A stretch of DNA of 62,581 nucleotides from a virus. The stretch is taken from IMG/VR virus record IMGVR_UViG_3300045988_172680. One strand, 5' to 3'. Positions 20,023 through 29,649 of the stretch are shown piece by piece (within the stretch, counting starts at the first letter, position 1; the number at the start of each line of letters is the position of its first letter). The notes below the pieces were generated by a model. That model was not told the origin of the DNA. It did no database searches and worked only from the letters and a program-made list of their open reading frames with translations. A program made the position numbers and the translations under genes.

Positions 20023-20625
20023 GTGTTCAAAAACAAGTATTTCGCCACATTCCTGATACGCAAGCTCGAAGCCAGCGACCTCGACCTGCCTATCGTCGGG
20101 AAGGCCAAGGCTGACCTTCTCGACCTGCTCAGTGGTGAAGACGACTACACCTACCTGTCCATCGTCGGCGACACCGACATGGAGACCGTGAAGGTGCGGA
20201 ATGACCACGGCACCCTGTTGCTGGAACGCGGTATCGGAGGCACCAAGCCCCAGACGTTCACATACGGCGCCTGTATCCGCACGGTTTCTCCCACTATCAT
20301 CGCCGCCATCAAAGACCTTGTGTGCAATTACACCTGCTGCGAAGGTCCGTGTGAATGTGAACCGGTGGAAGTCGGTGGTTATGCGCTCCCGGATTGTACG
20401 AAGGGCCAGCCGTGGATGGGGCATGTGGCGTTCCAGGGTTCGATGCCTATGACCCTGGGGGCAAACGGCGCTCCTGACTGGATGCAGGTCGAGACCAAGG
20501 CCAACACGGTCAAACTGTACGGCACACCGAACGTATCGGGACAGTTCTCCATGAGCGTGTGCGCCACGAACTGCAATGGTACGGCTGTGAGCAGTATCCC
20601 CATCACCATCGACATCGCCGAATAA
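20023..20625 (+). CDS. Hypothetical Cys-rich protein (200 aa), GTG start
   Basis: RBS CAGGAGACA then GTG. Last gene before the convergent terminator. Confidence 0.35.
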   Translation: MFKNKYFATFLIRKLEASDLDLPIVGKAKADLLDLLSGEDDYTYLSIVGDTDMETVKVRNDHGTLLLERGIGGTKPQTFTYGACIRTVSPTIIAAIKDLVCNYTCCEGPCECEPVEVGGYALPDCTKGQPWMGHVAFQGSMPMTLGANGAPDWMQVETKANTVKLYGTPNVSGQFSMSVCATNCNGTAVSSIPITIDIAE

Positions 20626-20675
20626 ACATTTCCGTCGTCCTGGTTTTACCTCCCGTTCCCCCAGGATGCCGGATA

Positions 20676-20740
20676 CAAAAAAAGCCCCCTCATGTCGACA
20701 CTCCGCCCGCATTGGTCGACATGAGGGGGCTTTCTTGTTT
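20676..20740. terminator. Bidirectional rho-independent terminator between convergent operons
   Basis: A 16-bp perfect stem (GCCCCCTCATGTCGAC, with its reverse complement GTCGACATGAGGGGGC) flanked by an A-run on the left and TTTCTTGTTT on the right. Confidence 0.7.
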
Positions 20741-20802
20741 CTATCTATGCCTGCTGTTCTTCTCGGCGATATGGATGCACTGCCACACGAATTCCGAATG
20801 GT

Positions 20803-21585
20803 TCAGTTCACCTTGCGATACTTCCCCAGCAGGTTGTGGTCCTGCTTGAGTGCCAGCCGGAGCGCCTCAATGACTTCCACATGGTGGATCTTGATGGTGC
20901 CGTATTGGCTGTCTTCCTTGATGCGCGGGGAGAGGCCCATCCTTTCCCCAAGCTGCGAGAGCTTGCGGCCCACCTGCGAGTACATGCCCGCGGACTCGTG
21001 GAACACCTCCAGCAGCCACGGGATGGCCTTCACCTGCTTGTAGTGCTTCCCCTCACCCAGCTTGTCGGCCAGAGCGTCGCGCTGGCGAATGGCTGCGGAC
21101 GCCGTGGCCATGCTGGTAGCTTCGCGTCGGCTGCCTATCTCGGCCTTGGTTCGCTTGTAGTAGTCCCGCTGCTCAAGGGCGAGCTGCTTTTCCTCTTCGA
21201 TGTCGGCAATCATACGCAGGGCGTCGGGGAAGGATTTCGGGACGCGGGGGAGATTCCACTGTCCATAGCCGCCGGTCTTGCGGATGCTGGGCAGGACCTC
21301 GTCGCAGAGCCAGCGACGAAACTGTTTTGCAGATTCCAGATGAGAACCGAAAATCAAGGCATACACGTCTTCTTCCGGGATGATTTTCATGGGCGTAGCG
21401 GTGGCCGTCATTTCAACGCCCCTGAAATCCTTGGCTTTTTCGCAATGCATGCGAATAGCTTGAGTCGTATCCACATACCCAAGCGCGTTGGCCACGTCCC
21501 GGGCCACGAACCACGGTTCACCGTTCACATCCACGACGCGCACGGCGCCGAACTCGGAATTCTCGAAAATCTTCATGTCGTTCAT
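20803..21585 (-). CDS. BRO-N domain antirepressor (KilA-C-like C-terminus)
   Basis: N-terminal MKIFENSEFGAVRVVDVNGEPWFVARDVANALGY is a classic Bro-N signature. Start trimmed to the ATG with an AAGGAGG RBS. Confidence 0.7.
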   Translation of the reverse strand: MNDMKIFENSEFGAVRVVDVNGEPWFVARDVANALGYVDTTQAIRMHCEKAKDFRGVEMTATATPMKIIPEEDVYALIFGSHLESAKQFRRWLCDEVLPSIRKTGGYGQWNLPRVPKSFPDALRMIADIEEEKQLALEQRDYYKRTKAEIGSRREATSMATASAAIRQRDALADKLGEGKHYKQVKAIPWLLEVFHESAGMYSQVGRKLSQLGERMGLSPRIKEDSQYGTIKIHHVEVIEALRLALKQDHNLLGKYRKVN

Positions 21586-21671
21586 AGATTGCCCTCCTTG
21601 GGAGCCCAACTGCATCCAATTTTGGATTGAGTAAATACACCGATTCAGTTGATAAGGACATCTTCCATGTG

Positions 21672-24600
21672 TTACAGGACTTTCACGTTTGCCGTAGCCT
21701 CAAGGGCTGGGGCATCCGTGATGTTGAAGCCCAACCGCTTCACGCTCGTGGCGTCCAGCCTGTAGCAGCGTGTATTGGGGAGCTGCATCCAGCCGATATT
21801 CTCACCAAAATTCTTGGTCGTATCTTTGGCTGTGATGCCTCTGTCTTCGAGACGCTTCCAGAGATTGGAAGGCGAATGCTTCTGGGCCTTGAGCCATTTG
21901 TGCAGGTCGGAACGCGAGATGTACAATTCCTGCGTCGCCAGCACGGCCCGCATGGTGATGTCCCTATTGTTGGGCAGACTCACGATGTACTTGTCCGGTA
22001 CCCCATGCGGCTGCTCGGGCATGGTCTTATCGCGATGATTGGCCCTGACCACCAGCATATTGAGCTGGCGCTCCATGAGGTACGTCGTCAGCATATGCAC
22101 GGGGTCAGACGTATTCGCTTCGGTGCTGCGACGGTTATGCGGAACGAAGACATTGATGACCCAGTTCTCCAGCGCATCCATGTCATAGTCCAACAGACCA
22201 TACTCCACAGCCCAGCGCCCGGCCTTCATCGCCATCGCCAAGGGGTAGCTCAGGAAGCGTTCCGAGTTGTCGAAGCCGTATTTACGACACCACGTCTCTA
22301 CCTGCTGCGTGAGCGTCGCCAGCCGGTCTCTGTGTTTCAAGACCTGATAGATGAACTCGGGCCCGGCGAGGCCGTAGTTCGTCTTGCAAGCATCCATGCA
22401 CGCATGGATGTATTCCTGCACTTCCGGCTTGTCGGCATACGAGGGGAAGTCGCACTCGTACTCCATCACGCGAACGATACTGGCCTCCGAATCCCCGGCA
22501 TGACGGGCAACGGCTTCCTTGATGCACTTGTTCGACGTGATGAACGTGACCGTAGACCACGAACCGGTGTCGACCATCTCAGCGCCATTGCTCTTGAGCT
22601 TCTGCTTCTCCTGATTGCCCATGAGGCTGTAGGCGAGGGCATAGAGGTCTTCGTCTTTCATGTCCGAAAGTTCGTCCATGTAGACGGGCAGATTGTTCAG
22701 CACGGCCATTTTCCGCATCCGCATGACGGCAGAAGAATTGCGCTGCACGAACTGCTCTTCAGGATGTCCCCAGATGGATGCAGCAGCGCACAACACCTGC
22801 GACTTGCCTTTGCCGGATGTGGTGCTCCACAAAGAGTAGGCAGCGGAACGCACGACGCCTGGGCCATAATGCATGAGCGGAGCCGCGAAGGACAGACACA
22901 TGGCGAGCTGGGCAGCAGGCTGGTTGAGGATACGGTACATCTGCGGGACGTACTTCCATTTGTCGAGGTCGCCCTTGATGGACAGTTCCTTCTTCGCCAG
23001 CTTTTCAGCCGAGCCTTTGTATACCATGTCGTGGATGCCGGTATCTGTGATGACACCATGGCCCACGCCAAAACCCAACGTGGGCTGGTTCGTCACGGGG
23101 TCGGTAATGTCCGTCCACCCGAACACATCCCGCGTCTGAATCTCTGTACTGTACCCGTTTTCCAAAACACTGCGAAGGTAGCTGTTCATAAAACTTGCAA
23201 ATATTTTAGGGGTGTACATGTCAAGGTTACACGAGAGGATGTTGGAAGAATTGAGCGCGGCCATAAGGCTCTGATTGCTTGCCAGCGTGGAAGCAGGCAG
23301 GCGCATCAGTTCGACAGCCCCATGCTTGTGACGTACTTCGAACCAATGCGAACGTTCGGAAACACCATTCGTGTATGTCCATTCCGACTTGATGTAATAG
23401 ACTTGGGATGTGGTGAGGATATGGTCTGTCGTCACCCACGAACCGTCGTCCTGTTTCTCTGACTTGTGCCAGATGCATCCTCTGTCATCCACGCTGTAGC
23501 GCTTGCTGCGGAACCCGACACGCGGGTGGTCGAAGACTTCCGGGATGACAAGACGCTGTTGCACGGGCTGCTGCACCGGCTGGGCCATGGGCTGCTGCAC
23601 AGGCTGAGGCGCAGGCTGGGCCATGGGCTGCTGCACAGGCTGAGGCGCAGGCTGGGCCATGTGCTGCTGCACAGGCTGGGCCACAGGCTGCTGCACGAAC
23701 GTTTCACCGGCATTCTGCGACTTCCGCCACAACTGCACAGGGGATGTGATTTTGCCCCAGTGCGGACATGTAGGACATACCCCGGGATTCAAGCTGTTGA
23801 AACGGTCGCACCGGGCAGGAGCGTCATCAGGGGCATGGTCGAACTTCGCGTCACAGTCGGCAGGGTTGTAGCGTTCCTTATCCAAAGCCGACACAGCATG
23901 GGCCCACTCCCTGCCGTCCACACAGCGCTTGAACACGGACATGGCGGCATACCAGTGCGGCTCTTGCCCCTTACCGGAGAAGAGCATCTGACGGCAGCCA
24001 CGCACTATGGGTTCGGACTTCGCCACCGGTGCGGAAGATGTGAACCCCATGCCATCGGAGAACAGAGCATTGCCGGTCAATGCCACAGGCTGCGGCGTCT
24101 GCGCGATGTTCTGAGGAACCGTAGGCTTGAGCTCCGCCTTGAGCTTGATGATGGCATCGGGATGTTTCTCCGCCATCGAAGTCAGCATGACTTCTACGAA
24201 CTTGTGCGGCTCCCATACCCAGCCGGTCTCCCGCACCACGGACACAGTGTTGCCGGTACCTTGATGGATGGTGCCCGGAAGACGCAACACACGAGCCGGG
24301 TCTTTGGTGCAAGCGGGGTCGGCCCACAGGTCGAAAGCGGCGCATTCCTTTTCCAGCATGAAAGCGACGCGGCGCCACCAGGAGACCGGCACAGGTTCAG
24401 ACAGGGCCCAATATACATGCAGGCCCTTACCGGAATGGATAATCCACGACGGATTGAGACCCGTCTCGCGCACGAAACGGTTCAGGCAAAAGGCTGCGAA
24501 CTGGATGGTAGGGTAGGAGATGCCTTGCTTGCCGACATCGAGGTCTACCCAGAAGGCTTTGAGGGTACGCGCATTCACCTGCTTGCGACCTGCCGCACCA

Positions 24601-24815
24601 TCAGCGAAAGAAGCGAGGGCGAAGTAGGCGTTGTAGCCCTGTGACGACAGGGAAAATCCTTCGGAGATTATGTCGTCGATACTGGGGCAAGGGCTCTGCC
24701 GACGGGAACCGTCTTTGATACCCAGAGAAAAATATGTGGGGAAGCTGAAAGAGTCTTCACGGGGAGGGAGCGGGGGGAGCAGACTCGAAAGGAAACGTCT
24801 TGTTTGCTGAAGCAT
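21672..24815 (-). CDS. Primase-helicase with an N-terminal PrimPol domain and a C-terminal D5/SF3 helicase
   Basis: PrimPol motifs NAYFALASF, FWVDLDVGK and SGKGLHVYW. A Cys-rich zinc element (CPTCPHWGK). A QQPV/QPAP linker. Walker A STTSGKGKSQ, and Walker B MDELSD in a D5_N/SF3-like region. Confidence 0.7.
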   Translation of the reverse strand: MLQQTRRFLSSLLPPLPPREDSFSFPTYFSLGIKDGSRRQSPCPSIDDIISEGFSLSSQGYNAYFALASFADGAAGRKQVNARTLKAFWVDLDVGKQGISYPTIQFAAFCLNRFVRETGLNPSWIIHSGKGLHVYWALSEPVPVSWWRRVAFMLEKECAAFDLWADPACTKDPARVLRLPGTIHQGTGNTVSVVRETGWVWEPHKFVEVMLTSMAEKHPDAIIKLKAELKPTVPQNIAQTPQPVALTGNALFSDGMGFTSSAPVAKSEPIVRGCRQMLFSGKGQEPHWYAAMSVFKRCVDGREWAHAVSALDKERYNPADCDAKFDHAPDDAPARCDRFNSLNPGVCPTCPHWGKITSPVQLWRKSQNAGETFVQQPVAQPVQQHMAQPAPQPVQQPMAQPAPQPVQQPMAQPVQQPVQQRLVIPEVFDHPRVGFRSKRYSVDDRGCIWHKSEKQDDGSWVTTDHILTTSQVYYIKSEWTYTNGVSERSHWFEVRHKHGAVELMRLPASTLASNQSLMAALNSSNILSCNLDMYTPKIFASFMNSYLRSVLENGYSTEIQTRDVFGWTDITDPVTNQPTLGFGVGHGVITDTGIHDMVYKGSAEKLAKKELSIKGDLDKWKYVPQMYRILNQPAAQLAMCLSFAAPLMHYGPGVVRSAAYSLWSTTSGKGKSQVLCAAASIWGHPEEQFVQRNSSAVMRMRKMAVLNNLPVYMDELSDMKDEDLYALAYSLMGNQEKQKLKSNGAEMVDTGSWSTVTFITSNKCIKEAVARHAGDSEASIVRVMEYECDFPSYADKPEVQEYIHACMDACKTNYGLAGPEFIYQVLKHRDRLATLTQQVETWCRKYGFDNSERFLSYPLAMAMKAGRWAVEYGLLDYDMDALENWVINVFVPHNRRSTEANTSDPVHMLTTYLMERQLNMLVVRANHRDKTMPEQPHGVPDKYIVSLPNNRDITMRAVLATQELYISRSDLHKWLKAQKHSPSNLWKRLEDRGITAKDTTKNFGENIGWMQLPNTRCYRLDATSVKRLGFNITDAPALEATANVKVL

Positions 24816-25035
24816 ACGCTGTGTCCTATGAAAAGAAGGTTTTCAGGGAGGAGGGAATCTCAGTAGAACCACCATTCAGTCTGGGCGGACACGAGGGTGC
24901 TTCAAGCCCTCATAAATCCAGACTTCCCTCGATTCCCGCCTCCGTGAAAACCTTCTTGTTCAGGTTGAGGCTCCATGAAGTGGTTGGTCGACCACCTCAT
25001 GGAGCCTATATAGCCGTCTACAAGTTGTCTGTCAA

Positions 25036-26385
25036 CTAGTAACCGGCAACATCAGCCAGAATGCCCGTGAGGGCATCAGAGGCTTCCTTGCTCACATTGG
25101 CCTGAATCGGAGCAGGCTGGGCAGCGGGAGCCGGGGCCGGAGCAGGCTGGGCAGCGGGAGCCGGGGCCGGAGCAGGCTGGGCAGCGGGAGCCGGGGCCGG
25201 AGCAGGCTGGGCAGCGGGAGCCGGGGCCGGAGCAGGCTGGGCAGCGGGAGCCGGGGCCGGAGCAGGCTGGGTAGCGGGAGCCGGAGCACCATCCAGCACA
25301 GCCGCAGCTCGGGACAGCATGTCATTCATACCAGAAGGCGCGGGCTGGGCCATGGGCTGCTGCACAGGCTGGGCCATGGGCTGCTGCACAGGCTGAGGCG
25401 CGGGCTGGGCCATGGGCTGCTGCACAGGCTGAGGCGCGGGCTGGGCCATGGGCTGCTGCACAGGCTGGGCCACGGGCTGCTGCACCGGCTGAGGCGCAGG
25501 CTGCTGCACCGGCTGGGACATGGGCTGCATAACCTGCGCACTGTTGCCGATATTGACCGCCGCAGGGACGGGCTGGATAGCACCGACACCATTGGGGGTA
25601 TAGGTCAGGATTTCGTTGACGCGCAGCATTTCAGTGATGCGCTCAGTGCTGGCCGTCTGGATTACAGACGTGTAAGTCTGGCTGTCAAGGTAGGACGGAT
25701 TACCGTTCTGGTCAAGGTTGGGACGGAACAGCATGACGCCGGAGACAGGGCTCTGCGGGTCAAGGATAATCTGGGTCACGAACATGGCCGGGTTGCAGCG
25801 GAAAACCCCAGGCTGGCTGTGACGGTCACAGAAGCCCTTGATGCCGCCCCAGCGATAGCTGTTGCTGCGCGGGTCAGAGTTGCCGTAGAGGCTGGTGCTG
25901 GTGATGTCCAGGACGACGGGACGTTCAAGGTCGAGGTAGAACTGCCCGTTCTGGTTGGTCATCAGGGCCCACACGGTACGTCTGGCGATACGGAAACCCC
26001 AGCGCTCCTGACCGTTGACGCTCACCTTCTGGTGATATTCAGGAGGAAGCGCGTCGGGGAACGTGTCAGCCGTAGGCATCATCCACACGAGGTCAGGGCG
26101 AGACGGTTCCTGCCCGGGAGCATACTGTCTGGCATACCACGAAGCGTAGTTGCAAGGCGCCACACCCAGAAGGACGCCAAAGACCTGACCGTTGGGGATG
26201 TCGACTTCCTGACGGTTCTCGATGAGCTTGAAGCTCATCTTCCCCGGCTTGAGGATACGCAGCCCGGCGCCGAAGCCAGAGAAAGCGTTGTCCATCAGGG
26301 TGTCGACGACACCAGAGAACTGCCCGTCGGCGAGCACAGGGGGCTGGTTATTGACGACGACAGGAACAAGATTGGTCTCACTCAT
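25036..26385 (-). CDS. Hypothetical protein with a long C-terminal QPV/PAPA repeat tail (about 449 aa); recombinase or SSB role suggested only by synteny
   Basis: Start trimmed to the ATG with an AAGGAGAAGAACC RBS. N-terminal domain about 300 aa, then QPVQQP repeats and PAPAPAAQ repeats. Lies between the Gp157-like gene and the primase. Confidence 0.4.
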   Translation of the reverse strand: MSETNLVPVVVNNQPPVLADGQFSGVVDTLMDNAFSGFGAGLRILKPGKMSFKLIENRQEVDIPNGQVFGVLLGVAPCNYASWYARQYAPGQEPSRPDLVWMMPTADTFPDALPPEYHQKVSVNGQERWGFRIARRTVWALMTNQNGQFYLDLERPVVLDITSTSLYGNSDPRSNSYRWGGIKGFCDRHSQPGVFRCNPAMFVTQIILDPQSPVSGVMLFRPNLDQNGNPSYLDSQTYTSVIQTASTERITEMLRVNEILTYTPNGVGAIQPVPAAVNIGNSAQVMQPMSQPVQQPAPQPVQQPVAQPVQQPMAQPAPQPVQQPMAQPAPQPVQQPMAQPVQQPMAQPAPSGMNDMLSRAAAVLDGAPAPATQPAPAPAPAAQPAPAPAPAAQPAPAPAPAAQPAPAPAPAAQPAPAPAPAAQPAPIQANVSKEASDALTGILADVAGY

Positions 26386-26806
26386 GGTTCTTCTCCTTGG
26401 TGAAATTGAGGGAGGGTTCTGCCACACGGCGAAGGCCGCATGACACGATGTAGTTATCAAAGGCTTCGCCTTCGAGACCGGCACGCTCGGCACGTTCTTC
26501 AAAGTTGCGGGCAGCGACACGCTGCTGCAACAGCAAACCGTCACTCAAAGCAAAGCCCTGTTCAGCATTCTCAACCATGCCGCGCAGCACGGCATAGGCC
26601 AGCGCTTCCTTGTCCGCTATTTCGTAACGGACCTTTTCCTTGACCACAAGACGGCCCACGCCATCTATCTTCATGGACGACGACCCGGCAGCAGCGAGTT
26701 CCAGCAGGATGCTGCGTTCAAGTTCCTTTTCCTGCTCCATGATGTCGGTGAGATTATCTTGGAGAGCCTTCTTCTTCGCCCGAATTTCGGACAATTCGGA
26801 CGCCAT
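26378..26806 (-). CDS. Gp157-like protein, putative (start uncertain)
   Basis: Coiled-coil N-terminus then IDGVGRLVVKEKVRYEIADKEAL..., resembling siphovirus Gp157. The track ORF begins at an upstream TTG (26851). The first in-frame ATG is at 26806. Confidence 0.3.
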   Translation of the reverse strand: MASELSEIRAKKKALQDNLTDIMEQEKELERSILLELAAAGSSSMKIDGVGRLVVKEKVRYEIADKEALAYAVLRGMVENAEQGFALSDGLLLQQRVAARNFEERAERAGLEGEAFDNYIVSCGLRRVAEPSLNFTKEKNHE

Positions 26807-27053
26807 ATTGCGTATAGTCTTCGACACGGTATTCTCCTTCGGCGCGTTCAAGCCATGCGATGAAGTCCTCTTTCTTGTAGTAGACCCTGGTGCGCATCTT
26901 GCTACAAGTGGGACCGGTGCCTCTGTAGTCCATCATCTCCAGTTGCTTGCGGGTGATGATGCCTTGGGTGAATTTTTCGACATCTTTGCGGGCGAAGAAA
27001 GGCGGCAGAACCTCGCGCAGATAGTCGATAAATTCCTGTGATTTTACTCTCAT
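26754..27053 (-). CDS. HTH DNA-binding protein (excisionase/MerR-like fold)
   Basis: The segment DVEKFTQGIITRKQLEMMDYRGTGP resembles a helix-turn-helix. Overlaps the 5' end of the next gene. Confidence 0.35.
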   Translation of the reverse strand: MRVKSQEFIDYLREVLPPFFARKDVEKFTQGIITRKQLEMMDYRGTGPTCSKMRTRVYYKKEDFIAWLERAEGEYRVEDYTQYGVRIVRNSGEEEGSPR

Positions 27054-27096
27054 GGTACTGTCTCCATAAAATGGATATATCTACACAGGTCTGTTG

Positions 27097-28746
27097 TCAA
27101 TCATTTCCTTTGACAAAAGCCTCGAACAGCCCGGCGATGTCCATAGCTTCCGAGTGTCCGGCTTGGAGCCTGCGCAATATACGGCGTTCGTCTTGCGATG
27201 CTACGATGTGGATGATGTTGATATTGTCTGCCTTCTGCCGCACGGAACTCAGGCGTTCGAGCGCCTGTGTATAGGCGAAGCCCCCAAGCAACAATGGGTT
27301 CGCGAAAATCATCGTATCCGCAGCAGACAATTCCGTACCGAAACCTACCGTCGTCGGATGACATACCAGAACATGAGGGTCTTTGGCGTTCTGGAAGTCC
27401 GACAGGATGGCAGCCCGCTTCTGACCGGTGACACTACCGTCTATGAATGCCGTCGTGTAACCTGCGGCCTCTATCTCTTTGGTGAGCATACGCACACCGG
27501 CGATGTAGGAACAGAAGATGACTACCTTGCGATTCGTCTCAGCTATGGCATCGAGTATCACCTGCGTCCTCGGAGCATGGTCGAGTTCGATGGCCTTCCC
27601 ATCACCGCCCTTGATGACCCCGAGGTATATCTGCATGAGACGCTGGAGAAGTACCCCACCATTGGCCGCCGTGATGACTTCCCCATTGGCCATGATGGTC
27701 AGGGCATCGACCCGCAGCTTGTCACGATGCCGCTCCTGTTCTTTGGTGAGCTCACAGCTCCGCACCTGTTCTGTGACGGGTGGCAAGTCGAGGACTTCGG
27801 ACTTCTTGAACCTGATTGCGGGCTGCATCGTGTTGAATATGGTCTGGCTCGCACTGGCCCGGGTGTCCTTTTGCCACGGCAGGCTGCCCCATTTGAACAT
27901 CACGAGGTCTTTCCATGCCGTCTTGGTAGTCACCGGCAGGCGCGTCGGCGTGACACACTTGACCATGCCGTACACAGCTTCAGGGTCATCAGCCGGAGAA
28001 CCGGTTATGCCGACGACACGCAAGTCTGCACGCACCCGCTGGCACAACTTCTGAATGGCCTTGCTCCGCTTGCTCTCGGGATTCCCGAGATGTGTCAGTT
28101 CGTCGATGATGACGGCACCGATACGAGAATCCCTGACAGCGTCTCGGAATGCTTTATCATCGAGACGTACCGACTCGTAATTGGTGACATAAAAATCAGC
28201 CGGACGCTGAAGGTCAGCAGCGCGCGTCGGGCCATGTACTATCTGCACGATGGCGTTGGGGAGCGTCTCCCTGATACCGTTGGCCCAAACGCTATGGATG
28301 GTGGTGTACGTCGTGATGATGAGGACACCACCGGTCAATGCGCGGCGCCGCTGAAGATAGTCCATAGCCAGAATGATGCTGCCTGTCTTGCCTAGCCTGG
28401 GCTCAGACAAGACATAGCTCTTGTCGTACAAAGTCAAGAAGGCAGCGGTAAGCAACTGGTGCTTGAGCGGCTTGAATTTTCCTTCGACAAGGGGCGTATC
28501 CGTGGCGTGATACATGGGCGAAGCACCTACGGTGTCGATACCCAGGTTTTGCAGGATACGACACCCTTCCTCTGTCCAGGGAAGCTGGATGAGCAATGCT
28601 CCGCCCGGCCTGTCCATCATCGCTATGGGAAAGGTCGAGATGGTGTTGAGGTTTTTCATGTGCGCCACGCTCACAGGGTCAGTCACCTCCGCCACCATCT
28701 GACCTTCCTCGGGGAAAACGACGAGGTTGTTGCCGAACTTGAACAT
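27097..28746 (-). CDS. SNF2-family (DExH) helicase
   Basis: Motif I LGKTG. Motif II DELTH. C-terminal helicase domain. Start trimmed to the ATG with a GGAG RBS. Confidence 0.7.
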   Translation of the reverse strand: MFKFGNNLVVFPEEGQMVAEVTDPVSVAHMKNLNTISTFPIAMMDRPGGALLIQLPWTEEGCRILQNLGIDTVGASPMYHATDTPLVEGKFKPLKHQLLTAAFLTLYDKSYVLSEPRLGKTGSIILAMDYLQRRRALTGGVLIITTYTTIHSVWANGIRETLPNAIVQIVHGPTRAADLQRPADFYVTNYESVRLDDKAFRDAVRDSRIGAVIIDELTHLGNPESKRSKAIQKLCQRVRADLRVVGITGSPADDPEAVYGMVKCVTPTRLPVTTKTAWKDLVMFKWGSLPWQKDTRASASQTIFNTMQPAIRFKKSEVLDLPPVTEQVRSCELTKEQERHRDKLRVDALTIMANGEVITAANGGVLLQRLMQIYLGVIKGGDGKAIELDHAPRTQVILDAIAETNRKVVIFCSYIAGVRMLTKEIEAAGYTTAFIDGSVTGQKRAAILSDFQNAKDPHVLVCHPTTVGFGTELSAADTMIFANPLLLGGFAYTQALERLSSVRQKADNINIIHIVASQDERRILRRLQAGHSEAMDIAGLFEAFVKGND

Positions 28747-28753
28747 GGTGCTG

Positions 28754-29365
28754 TTACTCCTTCGGCACAGCGGCGTGGACCTTAGCCAACGGCAGGACAG
28801 CAGGGACAGTAATGCACTTCTCCAGCGGCCAGCCTTCGGCCATACGCTTGCGGACAGCCTGCTCGGAGATACCGTGTTCAGACATACTGGAAAGCACGGT
28901 CTTGATGTCGGCGTCAGGGAAGCGATACAGGACGGCAGCCTCGAAGCTCTTGCCCTGCCGGGCGGCTCGCTCCGGGTCCCACCCACGAGAGATGCGACTG
29001 TTGAACTGCGCCTTGGTGATGCCGGACTGCTTGAGCCATTCCATGATGGGCATACCATAGCGCTTGTCGAGGTCTACGGACACAGCCCTTCTCGGCGTCT
29101 TCAATGCGTCTTCCATGGACCAGCCGGATGCCAGCCGGTTGCGCAACGTGAGGTAGTTGATACCGTGTTCCCGCGCCAGCTCTCGCAGGTTCGTCACACT
29201 TCGCCCATCCGGCGCAGTATATGCGGCACTGACTGTGTACGGCGCGGTGAAACTTTCTTCTATGGACTTCTCGTTACGCAGCCTGGCAAGGATGATTTTG
29301 GGCGGCACACCGAACTCGGTAGCGAGCTGCTGCAATGTTTTGGATGTGTCGATGTAAACCTTCAT
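28754..29365 (-). CDS. DNA-binding protein with four tandem HTH-like repeats
   Basis: Four repeats of about 45 aa. Three show the pattern G(I/V)..xxL..R(L/M)..GW.xE.A (LRELAREHGINYLTLRNRLASGWSMEDAL, IMEWLKQSGITKAQFNSRISRGWDPERAA, LSSMSEHGISEQAVRKRMAEGWPLEKC); the first is degenerate (LQQLATEFGVPPKIILARLRNEKSIEESF). Confidence 0.45.
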   Translation of the reverse strand: MKVYIDTSKTLQQLATEFGVPPKIILARLRNEKSIEESFTAPYTVSAAYTAPDGRSVTNLRELAREHGINYLTLRNRLASGWSMEDALKTPRRAVSVDLDKRYGMPIMEWLKQSGITKAQFNSRISRGWDPERAARQGKSFEAAVLYRFPDADIKTVLSSMSEHGISEQAVRKRMAEGWPLEKCITVPAVLPLAKVHAAVPKE

Positions 29366-29649
29366 ATGTTTTCCTCCATGAGCCTCGGAAGGTCTTCCAT
29401 ATTCTTTTCGTTGATGATGAGCGTGACACCTCCGGCATCCCGGATACGCGCCATCTCATACTCCTGCAATGCCGTGGTCTTGCCCCTGCCTGCTTTCGTC
29501 TCGATGGAAAAGAACTTCCCTTTGTGACAGACAAGAAAATCGGGGACGCCACGCTTTCCAAAAGCCGTGCCCAGGGGCATGGCGTACCATGCCCCAAGGC
29601 TGGTGAGGATGCTTTTGACCCTCGCTTTCACCTTGCCTTCAGGTGTCAC
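29362..29649 (-). CDS. VRR-NUC domain nuclease
   Basis: GVPDFLV...SIETKAGRGKTTALQ matches the VRR-NUC PD-(D/E)xK core (G.PD...E.K). Confidence 0.6.
   Translation of the reverse strand: MTPEGKVKARVKSILTSLGAWYAMPLGTAFGKRGVPDFLVCHKGKFFSIETKAGRGKTTALQEYEMARIRDAGGVTLIINEKNMEDLPRLMEENI

Noticed and set aside
26754-26851. Programmed frameshift between the HTH gene (26754..27053) and the Gp157-like gene
   Set aside because: The overlap more likely reflects an uncertain start for the downstream gene: the track starts at TTG 26851, and the first ATG is at 26806. No slippery heptamer noticed.
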